DNA of 57,801 nucleotides. It comes from a virus (taxonomy: Duplodnaviria; Caudoviricetes). Positions 25,633-35,290 of this stretch are shown piece by piece. The DNA is taken from the IMG/VR virus record IMGVR_UViG_3300032080_000129, positions 1 through 57,801 of that record, one strand, 5' to 3'. The notes below the pieces were generated by a model. That model was not told the origin of the DNA. It searched no databases and saw nothing but the letters and a program-made list of their open reading frames with translations. Position 1 is the stretch's first letter. Each line of letters starts with the position of its first letter. A program made the translations under genes and the position numbers.

Positions 25633-25872
25633 ATGGCCATGAGGAGAGGCCGAGGACTCTGGATCTGCCCCGACTGCGGGACGATGCGATCGTTCCGCTT
25701 CAGCTCCATGCACTACCCAGCAGATACGAGACACGAGTACTGCGGAGGAGAGCCGATACCTCTCGAAGAACCTCCTCCCCATCCAAAGAAGACAGAGCGC
25801 CTTGCTTCTGAAAGCCGGGTGGAGCGAGGGAGGCTGAGACCGGGTCCTGAAGGTGGCGGGAACGGGCGGTAA
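25633..25872 (+). CDS. Small Zn-ribbon-like protein
   Basis: WICPDCG...HEYCGG. Confidence 0.45.
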   Translation: MAMRRGRGLWICPDCGTMRSFRFSSMHYPADTRHEYCGGEPIPLEEPPPHPKKTERLASESRVERGRLRPGPEGGGNGR

Positions 25873-25882
25873 GGTGCTGGGA

Positions 25883-26245
25883 ATGGCAGATTGGATTGTG
25901 ATCGATGGGTTGGATCTCAGCGCGACGGGGCCTACGGTCACCATCGAGGCAGGGACCAGTTGGGGGCGGGCGCTCGACAAGGTCGGCGCGAGCTTTCACA
26001 TCGAGCACGTCCCTGACGAGGCCGAGGAGCGAAGGATCAGCGCCGAGGCAGCGGAGTTCCTGCGGGACTACGAGTTCGAGGAGGCCGGGTCGGTCCTCGC
26101 CATTTTCTGGCGCTACCACTCCCTCGAAGCCGAAGAGTTCGACACGGTCGAGGAGGCCGAGCGCTTCCTTGAGAGCGGCGAGGAATATGGGACCTTGTCG
26201 GGCGAAGCCATCGTCACCGGCGACGAGATCACGGTCCTGCCATGA
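25883..26245 (+). CDS. Acidic hypothetical protein
   Basis: AAGGTG RBS; N-terminus similar to 48125..48430. Confidence 0.65.
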   Translation: MADWIVIDGLDLSATGPTVTIEAGTSWGRALDKVGASFHIEHVPDEAEERRISAEAAEFLRDYEFEEAGSVLAIFWRYHSLEAEEFDTVEEAERFLESGEEYGTLSGEAIVTGDEITVLP

Positions 26246-26481
26246 AGACCCTTCGCGAGACGGCCGATGAGTTCGCCGCCGCGATCCGCAGGGACCCCAC
26301 CTTCAAGTGGTTGTCGACCGGCGGCAACGTCTTCTATCCGCCAGCTGCGATCTTCCTCATCGCTCCGCTCGTGGCGGCGGCCACCGGCCCGACGACCGGC
26401 ATGCACATCTACGCCTACATCTCGATGTTCGTGCTCGGCCTCGTCTGCCTGGTCTTCGCGGGGTTCAGCGAACCGCGCTGA
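26242..26481 (+). CDS. Two-TM membrane protein
   Basis: ATGA overlap; two hydrophobic helices. Confidence 0.65.
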   Translation: MKTLRETADEFAAAIRRDPTFKWLSTGGNVFYPPAAIFLIAPLVAAATGPTTGMHIYAYISMFVLGLVCLVFAGFSEPR

Positions 26482-26484
26482 TCC

Positions 26485-27210
26485 TCATCGCGTCCTCACA
26501 CAGACCCCAGCCACCACCTGAACACAGACATCAAGATCAGGGAGGTTGGCGCCGGGGGCTTCTACTTGGACGTCGGCTTTGGCTACTGGCGGAGGGACGA
26601 CGGGCGGAACGGTGATCGGCGGGCCATCGCCTTTCGATGGTGAAGGCGTAGACGGCGCTGCAGTCGTCGGGGCGGCCGCGGGCGCCGGGTTGCTGCCGGT
26701 GTCCGTCGGCGTCGACGGTTGTCCGCTACCGCCCTTGCCCGGCGTGGCCGGTGACCCCTCGCCGCCTTTGCCTGCCGCAACATCCTCCCCGCCGCCCTCA
26801 GTACGGGGGCCGACCTGCTGAGAGCCGTTAGGACCAAGCTGCGAGGCATCACCTTTCGGACCCTGATCTGCTCCGACGCGCAGGCGGACTCGGTTCTTCT
26901 CTTGGTCGACGAATTGCTGCGGACAGTTCTTCCCGCGCTGGTCCGTCACCCGCTGGTAGGAGATGCAGGGCCCTTTGATTGGCTCGGCTCGAGCTATCGC
27001 CTGCCGCAGCTCGGCGCACTCCGCACTGGAGGGGTCCTGACTACAGGCGGTCTTCGCCACGAAGGTGGACTGCGAGTAGAGGCCGAGGCCGAGGAACAAG
27101 GCGATCGTCAGTGCGGCAGAGACCCCTGCCGAGACGAGGATCGCGGTCGCCGGATTCGCGGACATCCACCAGTACGCGGCATTCGCTCGGTGCTTTACCT
27201 GTTCTTTCAC
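26485..27210 (-). CDS. Membrane-anchored protein with Cys pairs and a Pro/Gly/Thr-rich stalk (lysis-associated?)
   Basis: N-terminal TM; GTGA overlap at 27210. Confidence 0.7.
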   Translation of the reverse strand: MKEQVKHRANAAYWWMSANPATAILVSAGVSAALTIALFLGLGLYSQSTFVAKTACSQDPSSAECAELRQAIARAEPIKGPCISYQRVTDQRGKNCPQQFVDQEKNRVRLRVGADQGPKGDASQLGPNGSQQVGPRTEGGGEDVAAGKGGEGSPATPGKGGSGQPSTPTDTGSNPAPAAAPTTAAPSTPSPSKGDGPPITVPPVVPPPVAKADVQVEAPGANLPDLDVCVQVVAGVCVRTR

Positions 27211-27290
27211 GTCCAGAACCTTTCGATCGCGATAGCCAGGCCAAAGAGGGTCAGCGCCCAGGTGAAAGGCCACTCGTCCCAGCGGCTCAT
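27207..27290 (-). CDS. 27-aa membrane peptide
   Basis: MSRWDEWPFTWALTLFGLAIAIERFWT; ATGA/GTGA overlaps at both ends. Confidence 0.55.
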   Translation of the reverse strand: MSRWDEWPFTWALTLFGLAIAIERFWT

Positions 27291-27481
27291 CTGAACGGAA
27301 ACACCCTGTCGATTCCCTGGCCCGCCCAGAACAGGGCCAGAACCACCAGAGCCCCCAGCAGCTCCGCGTCGATGGTCTGGGTCTTGATCTGCGAGTAGGC
27401 AGCGAGCACCAGCAACACCACCGTGATCAGCTTGGCCATCGCCGGCGATGACTTTCGCTCGGGCTGAGAGTCGGGGGTCAA
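27287..27481 (-). CDS. Holin-like two-TM protein
   Basis: GAGAGG RBS; two TM segments after the tail genes. Confidence 0.6.
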   Translation of the reverse strand: MTPDSQPERKSSPAMAKLITVVLLVLAAYSQIKTQTIDAELLGALVVLALFWAGQGIDRVFPFR

Positions 27482-27509
27482 TCAACAGGGTCCTCTCTGG
27501 GTGGGCAAA

Positions 27510-29240
27510 TCAGGACAGGGCAAGGGTTTGGATGTCGGCTTGGAGCCGCTCGAGCAGCGCCTGCAGACCTTCGGGCGGTGCGTCGAGGTCGACGGTTGCC
27601 GTTCGGGTGTTGTGCTCGTAGCTGCGCCGCACGATCCGCCGGTAGCTCGGGTCGGCGGCATCGGGGAATCGCACTTCGTCGCCAGCGCGGACCTGGGAGA
27701 CCGGGCGCATGACGCCCCGGTCGTCCATGACGTAGCCCGAGAGGGTGGCCGATCCGGAGCGGTTCAGGCGATTGGCTTCCCGCAACCAGATTTCGCCGAC
27801 TTCGATCATCCGCGCGGGGGTGCTGATCCTGCGCAGATCGAGACGATCCATTCGGTCGACTCCCGCCCTCACCGCCGGGTGGTCGGGGTCGGTGATTTCA
27901 AGTGCGTCGGTTTCCACCGTGGCGCCCGAGCCGATCGGCCCTACCGAGAGCGTCCGGCCATCGACATCCTGCGCGGTGACGAGGATCCTGTCCCAGGACC
28001 GAGCCGCATCGAAGCCCTGTTCCTGTAGGCCCGAGGGTCCGGCGTAGGCCTGCCAGCGCCGACCATAGGTTCCCGGCCGCTTCAATTTGAATCGCTTCTT
28101 CTCTACGAACCAGTCCAGCAGCTCGTATTTCGTCAGCTCCTGCACCACCTGCGACATGGGGCCGGGGTCTGAGAACCAGGCCTGCTGAACGATGTAGCCG
28201 GTGTCTTCGAGGTCTTCGTCCCGGGCTTCGAGCTCGGTGAATTCCGGAATTGCCCAGCCCAGCATCGGGGCCACAGTGAAGCCGACATCGGGCCAGGTGC
28301 CTTGCAGGGCCAATCCGTGGCGGCCTATCACCTTGAGGTTTTGCAGTCGGAAACGCTCGGCGTAGGGATCGCCTTCGGCCGCACCGAGATAGGCCGAGAT
28401 GAATCGGACGAAGCGCAGCCCTGCCACCGCCGAGGAGACGACTTGCTGCAGCGCGGTCGAGGCGTTGTGATCGGTGCCCGTGACCGTCTCGACTATGCCG
28501 TCTGCCGACAGACTGGCGCGATGGAGAAAGCTCGCATCGGGGGAGGCGGAGCGCCCAAGAAAGTCGTAGAGCACTTCGGCGATGTCGACGCCGCCCGAGT
28601 CATAGACGAACTCGTTCCACTCCACCTTGCCGGCCTTCAGGTGGTTGTAGGAGAAGGTCAGCGAGGGGCGCACTTCCCCGGCGGCAGCGTCAATGCTGGT
28701 CGATATCCCGCTGAGATCCGCGCCGGCCCCGATCAAGGCGGCCTTCAGTGCGGCTGACGGTTCACCGCATTTGCTGAGGTCGCCGTCGATGAACCCCGGC
28801 CCGATCAGAGCGCTGTTGTCTTCGAGTGCCTTGGACCACCCGACCGCCTCAGCGGTGATCGACACGCGGTCGCCGTCGGACTCCGGCGTCTTGTCGAGCC
28901 GGTAGTTGGCGACTTCCTCGACCCCCGGCCCGTAGACCGTGATCGCACTGAAGGGAGCGAGATCGGGGAATGACTCGCGGGGGTTGCGCGCCAGCAGGAC
29001 CGAGCCTTCCTTGTCAAGCCCGGGCATCTCATCGACCAGGCGCATATCGCTCGCGACGTTCTCGGTCAAAGGCTCATCTGCTGCCCAGCGGGAGGGTCGC
29101 CCGTTAGGTGGATCAATGCGCCAGGCGAGATCATCAGGTGGGTACTCGCGGACGATGGCTACCCGAGCAGGGGCGACAACTTCAGCGGGTTCGCCTAACG
29201 TCCCCGAGCCCAGGGTCCCGGTGCCAAGGGTGCCGGGCAT
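27510..29240 (-). CDS. Minor tail / baseplate hub-like protein
   Basis: 576 aa in the tail cluster; VRAGDEV..IV...TVDLD C-terminus typical of hub proteins. Confidence 0.7.
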   Translation of the reverse strand: MPGTLGTGTLGSGTLGEPAEVVAPARVAIVREYPPDDLAWRIDPPNGRPSRWAADEPLTENVASDMRLVDEMPGLDKEGSVLLARNPRESFPDLAPFSAITVYGPGVEEVANYRLDKTPESDGDRVSITAEAVGWSKALEDNSALIGPGFIDGDLSKCGEPSAALKAALIGAGADLSGISTSIDAAAGEVRPSLTFSYNHLKAGKVEWNEFVYDSGGVDIAEVLYDFLGRSASPDASFLHRASLSADGIVETVTGTDHNASTALQQVVSSAVAGLRFVRFISAYLGAAEGDPYAERFRLQNLKVIGRHGLALQGTWPDVGFTVAPMLGWAIPEFTELEARDEDLEDTGYIVQQAWFSDPGPMSQVVQELTKYELLDWFVEKKRFKLKRPGTYGRRWQAYAGPSGLQEQGFDAARSWDRILVTAQDVDGRTLSVGPIGSGATVETDALEITDPDHPAVRAGVDRMDRLDLRRISTPARMIEVGEIWLREANRLNRSGSATLSGYVMDDRGVMRPVSQVRAGDEVRFPDAADPSYRRIVRRSYEHNTRTATVDLDAPPEGLQALLERLQADIQTLALS

Positions 29241-30586
29241 CAGTTGAGAAGCTTCAGGGTGGCACTACAGATTTCGAAGCCCGTTCCATACTGATCGGCT
29301 TCGATTTTGCGAGTGCTTCCGGAGTCCTGAAACACTCCGACCTCGAGGTAATCACCTGCTTTCGATTCCAGATGCATTGCCGAGAATGGGACCGCTCGGC
29401 CGTTGCGCCCGGAAAAGCTGTGCTGGTGCTGGAAGAGCGTGTTGTTGGAGCCCCCGTTCAGCGTCACAAACGCTGAACGCTCTCCCGTGGTGACGTTTTC
29501 GTCGTCGAACATCAGGCTCCCGAGAAGGAGCCAATCTTGTTCGGGAATTGGAAGAAGAATCCGGGTCGGGTTTTCGGCCGACCAGCAGCCCCCGATGTTC
29601 AGGCCGAGGGACCCGCCTGCATCACTCCAAGGGACTTTCACAGCTTCCGAGTTCGGCACCGACAAGGACGCGGTGCGCCGCAGCTTGCACTTGATCCGAG
29701 GTCCCGCTGCCGGAGCGAATGCCAGGGCGGTGATGTTCAGCGTGATCGTGGCATCGGTGGTCAACTGCCACGCCGAGTTTCGGTTGACTTCGCCCTCTGA
29801 GACCGTGATCAGCATTCCGGGCCGCGCCTTTTCAGAGGAATCCATCTCGGAGGCGCGTTCCATCGACCATTTGGACCCTGCGCCTCCAAGCGCCAGAACT
29901 TTGTAGAAGCCGTTATTGGCTCCCGTCGCCTCGTTCTTGACCAGGACGTAGTCGCCTACGGAGGGAGCCACCGAGTCGATCGTGGCGATCGCTCCGTTCG
30001 CATTGGCTTCGAGTTTGTTCCCGGTCCGGGTGTTGGCTGCCAGGGCGGCGACGGTTGCCAGCCGAGCGGCGGGCGAGGTGCTGCCCGAGCTAGGCGTTGC
30101 CCATTTGACGCCGGCCGACTGGGCTGAATCAGCGGTCAGCACCTGCCCGTCGCTGCCCACCGCGACCCGGGCAACCGTGTTGTCGGCGGTGCCGGCGAGC
30201 AGGTCGCCCTTTGCGTCGACCAGAGACTTTGGGATCAGCAGCCCGGTCGCCGTATCGACGTAATTCTTGACTGCTTTCTGGGTCGGGTATTTGGTATTCG
30301 AGTTGGCGGCGAGGGTCCCGTCGGTGTCCTTGTTGGACAGAAGCTCGCGCAGAGTGGTCGCTGCTTCCGCAGCGGAGATTCGGGCTGCAACCGTTGCGCT
30401 CGCACCCTGCGGGTTGGTGCCAAGGGTGCCCTGTACCTGCATCATCGCTGAGTCGACGTCGTTATGGAGCCCGGCGTGGAACCCCTCGCCTTCGGGTTCC
30501 CCGGCTTTGGGTTCTCCGGTGTCGCTGCGGTCCCGACCTTCGAGATCAGTAGGCAGCGTGTCGAGAGCTGCGGGGTAGGAAGACAC
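29240..30586 (-). CDS. Tail fibre / receptor-binding protein
   Basis: YP..LD, KGDLL, G.DGQVL, GD.VLVKN....NG.Y repeats; C-terminal beta-sandwich. Confidence 0.8.
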   Translation of the reverse strand: MSSYPAALDTLPTDLEGRDRSDTGEPKAGEPEGEGFHAGLHNDVDSAMMQVQGTLGTNPQGASATVAARISAAEAATTLRELLSNKDTDGTLAANSNTKYPTQKAVKNYVDTATGLLIPKSLVDAKGDLLAGTADNTVARVAVGSDGQVLTADSAQSAGVKWATPSSGSTSPAARLATVAALAANTRTGNKLEANANGAIATIDSVAPSVGDYVLVKNEATGANNGFYKVLALGGAGSKWSMERASEMDSSEKARPGMLITVSEGEVNRNSAWQLTTDATITLNITALAFAPAAGPRIKCKLRRTASLSVPNSEAVKVPWSDAGGSLGLNIGGCWSAENPTRILLPIPEQDWLLLGSLMFDDENVTTGERSAFVTLNGGSNNTLFQHQHSFSGRNGRAVPFSAMHLESKAGDYLEVGVFQDSGSTRKIEADQYGTGFEICSATLKLLN

Positions 30587-30666
30587 GTTGAAGCGGCCCC
30601 TTTCAAGGCGTTGGAGTTCTCGGCTGCGGCGCGGCGCTCGGCCGCGAGTAAAAAGGCCAGCCCCTA

Positions 30667-30729
30667 CTAGGAGGCTTTGGCGAAACTCGCCAAGCCAGTA
30701 GTAGTGCGGGGTAGCTGAGTCGCCTTCAT
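30667..30729 (-). CDS. 20-aa peptide MKATQLPRTTTGLASFAKAS
   Basis: GAGGT RBS; homologous in DNA and peptide to 32511..32576. Confidence 0.55.
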   Translation of the reverse strand: MKATQLPRTTTGLASFAKAS

Positions 30730-31128
30730 CAGCGATACCTCAGATCTGCACAAGCTCTACCCCAGAACAAAAAAGCCGGTGTTTGCGGGGATGTCGCTCT
30801 GGACCCGCGAAGGCTTTGCCGCCCGAGGCTACAGGGTGTGCCCCAGCCTTTTTTCGTGTGGCACACCGGCAGATCTGCCGGTGGCCCCGAATTGCGCGTT
30901 GTCCCCTAAAGGAGACAAGTTGCATTCTCCACTTGCGATTCTAGAGCGGAAAACTTTGGTGAAAACAATTTTGACCTCGTTTGGTCTGCCCCTCGGACGC
31001 GCCAACGTCGCGGGGGGCTTCTTTGTGGTTGGCAAGGGGAAATCTATGGGTTAGATCGGACGTTAAACCGCTCTAGAAAGCGGAATTAGGTATCCCTTCC
31101 CCGAAATTTCATTAACAACAAGGACCTC

Positions 31129-31149
31129 TTAAGGATCGGCTATCCTTAA
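31129..31149. promoter_or_regulatory. Perfect inverted repeat before the ATPase gene
   Basis: TTAAGGAT-CGGCT-ATCCTTAA, 12 nt before the ATG. Confidence 0.5.
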
Positions 31150-31161
31150 AGGACTCCTGTT

Positions 31162-32415
31162 ATGACCCAACCTTTGGGAAAGAACCCGTTTCGACCCGGT
31201 GTCGGCACCCGCCCCCTCCATTTGGCGGGTCGCGATCAATCGATGCGGAGGTTCCGCTCCATGCTTCGGGCCGCGCCAGAGCAGCCAGCAAACATGCGGC
31301 TGACCGGACTTCGCGGGGTGGGTAAGACCGTCCTTCTGGGCGAGTTCCAGTCGATCGCGGAGAGCAACGACTGGGCGAGCGCCGTCTTGGAGTTCCAGCC
31401 CGGCCACAACCGGGAGGATCAGATGGTGAGCGCCCTCCTGAACATTGCGCAGGATTCGAAGATGCGGCTCTCGCGGATTGAGCGAATCAAGAAAGCCATC
31501 GGGGGCGCTGTTCGCAATGCGGGAACCCTCGGCATGGGGTGGGAAGAATTCCAGGTCACCTACGACCCGATGGTCGAACAGCAGCGAGAGGACATAACCA
31601 AAGCACTCTTTGAAGTGGTGGAGATGGCAGTGCAGAAAGGACGGACCGGGTTCGTCCTTCTGCTCGATGAGGCGCAGGTAATCCGCGACGAGACCAAACG
31701 CGAGGGCGAGCACCCCCTCTCCCTGTTGATCTCGTCAATCGTCGCATTGCAGCGCCGGGAGATTCCTCTCGGTCTTGTCCTGTGCGGACTGCCGACCTTG
31801 ACCGGCAACCTGCTCAAGGCCCGCTCCTACACCGAGCGGATGTTCCGGGGCGAGGAGATCGGTTCCCTTGAGGAGGGAGACGCGAGGGAAGCGTTTGACA
31901 AGCCGCTGGCAGAGGCAGGGGGACACGTCACCGCTGATAAGGACCTCATCAGCCGCGTCGTTGATGAGGTTGAAGGCTACCCCTACTTCATCCAGCTTTG
32001 GGGCGCTGAGCTTTGGGACGCAGCCGAGATCGCGGAGGTCGATCACCTCTCGACCCGTTTGCTGGATGTGGCGCGACCCGAAATCTACAGCCGTCTCGAC
32101 CTTGACTTCTACAACCCGCGCGTTGAAACCCTGACCCCCGCAGAGCAGGACGTTCTACTGGGAACGGCCGATGCGGACTATCCGCCCTTGGTGGTCTCAA
32201 AACTCAACGACGCGATCAACAAGACGCCTACCAACGTCAACGTCCTTCTTGGGCGGCTGGTGGACGCAGGGGTTCTGTATCGACTCCGCAAAGGCGAGTA
32301 CGACTACACCGCTCCTAGGTTCCGCGACTACTTGGTGCGCCGCACTCGTTCTGCTCGCGCCAAAGAAGCGACCCGCAGCGACACGCCTGCGGGCATCGAA
32401 CAGACGCTTTTCTAG
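31162..32415 (+). CDS. AAA/STAND-like P-loop ATPase with C-terminal wHTH (moron)
   Basis: NPFRPG, LAGRD, Walker A GLRGVGKT, Walker B LLLDEAQ, GYPYFIQ, RLVDAGVLY. Confidence 0.9.
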   Translation: MTQPLGKNPFRPGVGTRPLHLAGRDQSMRRFRSMLRAAPEQPANMRLTGLRGVGKTVLLGEFQSIAESNDWASAVLEFQPGHNREDQMVSALLNIAQDSKMRLSRIERIKKAIGGAVRNAGTLGMGWEEFQVTYDPMVEQQREDITKALFEVVEMAVQKGRTGFVLLLDEAQVIRDETKREGEHPLSLLISSIVALQRREIPLGLVLCGLPTLTGNLLKARSYTERMFRGEEIGSLEEGDAREAFDKPLAEAGGHVTADKDLISRVVDEVEGYPYFIQLWGAELWDAAEIAEVDHLSTRLLDVARPEIYSRLDLDFYNPRVETLTPAEQDVLLGTADADYPPLVVSKLNDAINKTPTNVNVLLGRLVDAGVLYRLRKGEYDYTAPRFRDYLVRRTRSARAKEATRSDTPAGIEQTLF

Positions 32416-32510
32416 CCGACGCCCCTCTCGCGGGGGGTGAGAGCCATCCATGGGGTCAGCGGTCCGAATGACCTTCCATGGGGTAGACCCGACCCGAACA
32501 GGAGGTATCC

Positions 32511-32576
32511 ATGATTCAGCTACTCCCGCAACCCCGCTTGGCTAGTCGCGTGGCGCGTTTCGCCAATCCCTCCTAG
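32511..32576 (+). CDS. 21-aa peptide MIQLLPQPRLASRVARFANPS
   Basis: AGGAGGT RBS; homologous to 30667..30729. Confidence 0.55.
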   Translation: MIQLLPQPRLASRVARFANPS

Positions 32577-32690
32577 GCGGCCCGGTAGGCACAACAGGGT
32601 GGTCGGGTCCGGCTCGAGCTGGATAAGATGCCGTCCGTTGAAGCGCGCACAAACCCGCTGCGCGCCTACCCTGAGGGAGGATCCCGAAAG

Positions 32691-32909
32691 ATGAACCGCT
32701 TTGTGGCCATATTTGCCCTAACGCTTGTTGGCGTTGTGCTCGGCCTGGGGGTCGGCCAAGTTACTTCTGCCGACTCAGCTTCGAACTACACCGACCGCCT
32801 GATCTTGCGGGAGCTGAAGGAAATCAACGAGCAGCTAGACGCAATCAAGTACAACACGGGGGCCGTTTGCCAGGACGCCTCCAAGGGCTTTTCGTGCCGA
32901 AAGTTCTAG
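32691..32909 (+). CDS. Small secreted/membrane protein
   Basis: GGGAGG RBS; signal-peptide-like N-terminus, short coiled coil, C-terminal Cys pair. Confidence 0.7.
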   Translation: MNRFVAIFALTLVGVVLGLGVGQVTSADSASNYTDRLILRELKEINEQLDAIKYNTGAVCQDASKGFSCRKF

Positions 32910-33005
32910 CGCGGGTCGCCCCGAAGGCGCTACCCTTGATCGATCAATCAAGCGCCCCGGCGACGCTCCAACGTCCCGGGGCATGGCACCAAGGAGAATG
33001 AGTCC

Positions 33006-33365
33006 ATGATGCACCTCAGAAAGCTATCGGTAGTCGCTGGTGTGGTCGCTCTATCCCTCGTCTGGCCGGGGTTGGCTGCGGCCGACGCTGAGCGCCTGAC
33101 TTTTCCTGTGGCCAAACAGGCGATGACGCGCTACGCCGAGGAAGAAGCTGCAGGTCACCCAAACGACACCTATCGCATCTACAACTGCCGCAGGCGGTCC
33201 GGCACGATCATCTGGTGCGCGATCCGCTGGCGCTATCCGGCCGCCCGTGATGAACCTGGCGCGACCGGTTACTACGTACTGCACACCCGAACCGTTGCGC
33301 AATCGAAAACCGAATGCCTCACGGTCTGGGAAGTCCTATGGGAAGACAAGAGGTGCGTCGGCTAG
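33006..33365 (+). CDS. Secreted protein with four Cys
   Basis: AAGGAG RBS; signal peptide ending AAA-D; stop overlaps the convergent tail gene stop (CTAG). Confidence 0.7.
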   Translation: MMHLRKLSVVAGVVALSLVWPGLAAADAERLTFPVAKQAMTRYAEEEAAGHPNDTYRIYNCRRRSGTIIWCAIRWRYPAARDEPGATGYYVLHTRTVAQSKTECLTVWEVLWEDKRCVG

Positions 33366-35284
33366 CTCGCCTCACGGGCGAAGAGGACGCCATCTCTGCT
33401 GAAGGTCTGCAGGCTAAGCCCAGGAGCGGCTCCATCCGGCAACTCGGTTAGGTCCCCCGCGCTCGGGATGGCGATCGTCCGGGTTTGTCGTTCCTCCAGC
33501 CCACCCGCCGGGGTAAACGGGAGAAAGCCGTCTGGGCCGAGGTGGCCCCAGGCATCCGCCGTTGGATGCTGGCGGACGACGCCATCTGATCGAACTTCCA
33601 GCGATCGTGAGGTGAAGCAAACCTTGTCTTCATCGCCCTGTTCGGTGTAGTAGAGGGTGAGGCCCATCCGGTCAACACGGGCTTCGCGTTCGGTGCCCGT
33701 CGCCTTCTCAAAAGCGAGACCGAACCCGAAGTCTTCGGCGTTCGTCTGCGCTCGGGTTACTTTGAGGGAGGCGAGATCCTCTGCGGTCCACTCGTAGATG
33801 AAGACTGCGTCAGAGACGGGCCACCCGCCAGATGGGTACTGGGCCTTGTTGGGACCGACGGGGACTCCCCCTATGAACAGATGCACCGAATGATCCCCGA
33901 ACTGCAGGCCGCCTTCGGGGGAGGATTTCTCCACGATGCCGACCGCAGAAACAGGGCGAGCCCCGACCGGAAGGGCGAAGCCATGCTGGAGCGCCTTCAG
34001 GTAGTTGGAGATGGTTCCGGCGCCCGAGACTTTGATGCTGGCGTACGAGTTGTCACTGGCTTTGGCGTTGGCAGGGCTCGTCCATGCCACCGTGCCCATC
34101 GAGGCATCACTGGTGACTGAACCTGGAGCATGCGTTTTCTGCGCTTCAGCAACCGGGGGCTGTTCCGGCTCGCGCAACACCAGGTATTGCTCGCTGGATA
34201 GCGGATAGACATCCCTTATTCGAAGTGCCCCTGAGCCCCCTGGAGCCCAAGCAGTCAGTTTCCACTCCCAGCGCTGATCCCCCAGCAAGGCCTCTTCGGC
34301 TCGGGGCACCCCGAGGAAGACGGGGATCCAGGCACCTACTGCCGGGGTCGAGATGATCGGTAGGGACTCATCCCAGCGGGTGGCGCCCAGCGCCCGCGAC
34401 AGGAGCTGCAGTCGAATGCCACCCGGTTCACTGCCTTGGTCGAGGATCCGCATCCACATCGGCCGCGGGCCGCGATGGGTCATGTGTCCCTCGCCGACGA
34501 TCTCGGAACTAAGGATCGTCATCCGCCCCGCCGTCAATGCCGTGTGTTGAACGACTTCGGCTCCTTCGACGGTTTTCACTTCCGCCCCACCCTTCGGCGT
34601 CAGATTCTTCGCCAAGTAGTGAAGCTGGGCCGTGGGGTCCGCGAGATCGTCCGGGGCATAGATGCACTCGCGCGAGAAGATCAGGCCGCGCAGATCTTCG
34701 GAGCCCGTGTTTTCGAACCGCCCGCACCAGAGACCTTTGGCGCTCCCCTGACTAGCCGCCTCCGTCGAGAGGAGGTGGCGCGCTCCGGCCGCCGTGGTGA
34801 AAGTTCCGGCTTCGCGCTCTTCGGTCGAATAGCCGGTCGGCCAGCGGGTCGCCGTAAGCACCACGTCCGGTGCATCCCGACGGTGCGCAAAGAGCCATCC
34901 TTGCAGGCCCGAGATCGAAAGCGTGTGTCGCAGAACCTTGTAGCCGATCGAGCCTGCGAACCCGCCGTCTTCATCGAAGTCCCGGCGTATCCAGCCACCG
35001 TGTTCCTGGATCGTCCCCACCTTCTGCTGGAGCTTGTGAGCTGCCTCGGCGAGGGAGACCTCCCCCTCCTCCTTGACCCGGATCGGGATGCGGATCTGCA
35101 CGCCTTGGCGGTGCCCGTCCGAGGAGGTTTCCCCTTCGGCCTGGCGCACCATCTGCGGGGTGATCTGGGACTCGCCCCAGTCGACGCCCTCGGCGCGGAT
35201 CTGGAGGCCGAGCTGGTCCAGGGCCAGCTCCACTCGCTCGGGAATAAACTCGACCGGGTCGAGCACACAAGTCTCTTCAGCCAA
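33362..35284 (-). CDS. Minor (distal) tail protein
   Basis: 640 aa immediately after the tape measure gene. Confidence 0.75.
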   Translation of the reverse strand: MAEETCVLDPVEFIPERVELALDQLGLQIRAEGVDWGESQITPQMVRQAEGETSSDGHRQGVQIRIPIRVKEEGEVSLAEAAHKLQQKVGTIQEHGGWIRRDFDEDGGFAGSIGYKVLRHTLSISGLQGWLFAHRRDAPDVVLTATRWPTGYSTEEREAGTFTTAAGARHLLSTEAASQGSAKGLWCGRFENTGSEDLRGLIFSRECIYAPDDLADPTAQLHYLAKNLTPKGGAEVKTVEGAEVVQHTALTAGRMTILSSEIVGEGHMTHRGPRPMWMRILDQGSEPGGIRLQLLSRALGATRWDESLPIISTPAVGAWIPVFLGVPRAEEALLGDQRWEWKLTAWAPGGSGALRIRDVYPLSSEQYLVLREPEQPPVAEAQKTHAPGSVTSDASMGTVAWTSPANAKASDNSYASIKVSGAGTISNYLKALQHGFALPVGARPVSAVGIVEKSSPEGGLQFGDHSVHLFIGGVPVGPNKAQYPSGGWPVSDAVFIYEWTAEDLASLKVTRAQTNAEDFGFGLAFEKATGTEREARVDRMGLTLYYTEQGDEDKVCFTSRSLEVRSDGVVRQHPTADAWGHLGPDGFLPFTPAGGLEERQTRTIAIPSAGDLTELPDGAAPGLSLQTFSRDGVLFAREAS

Positions 35285-35290
35285 CTACCT

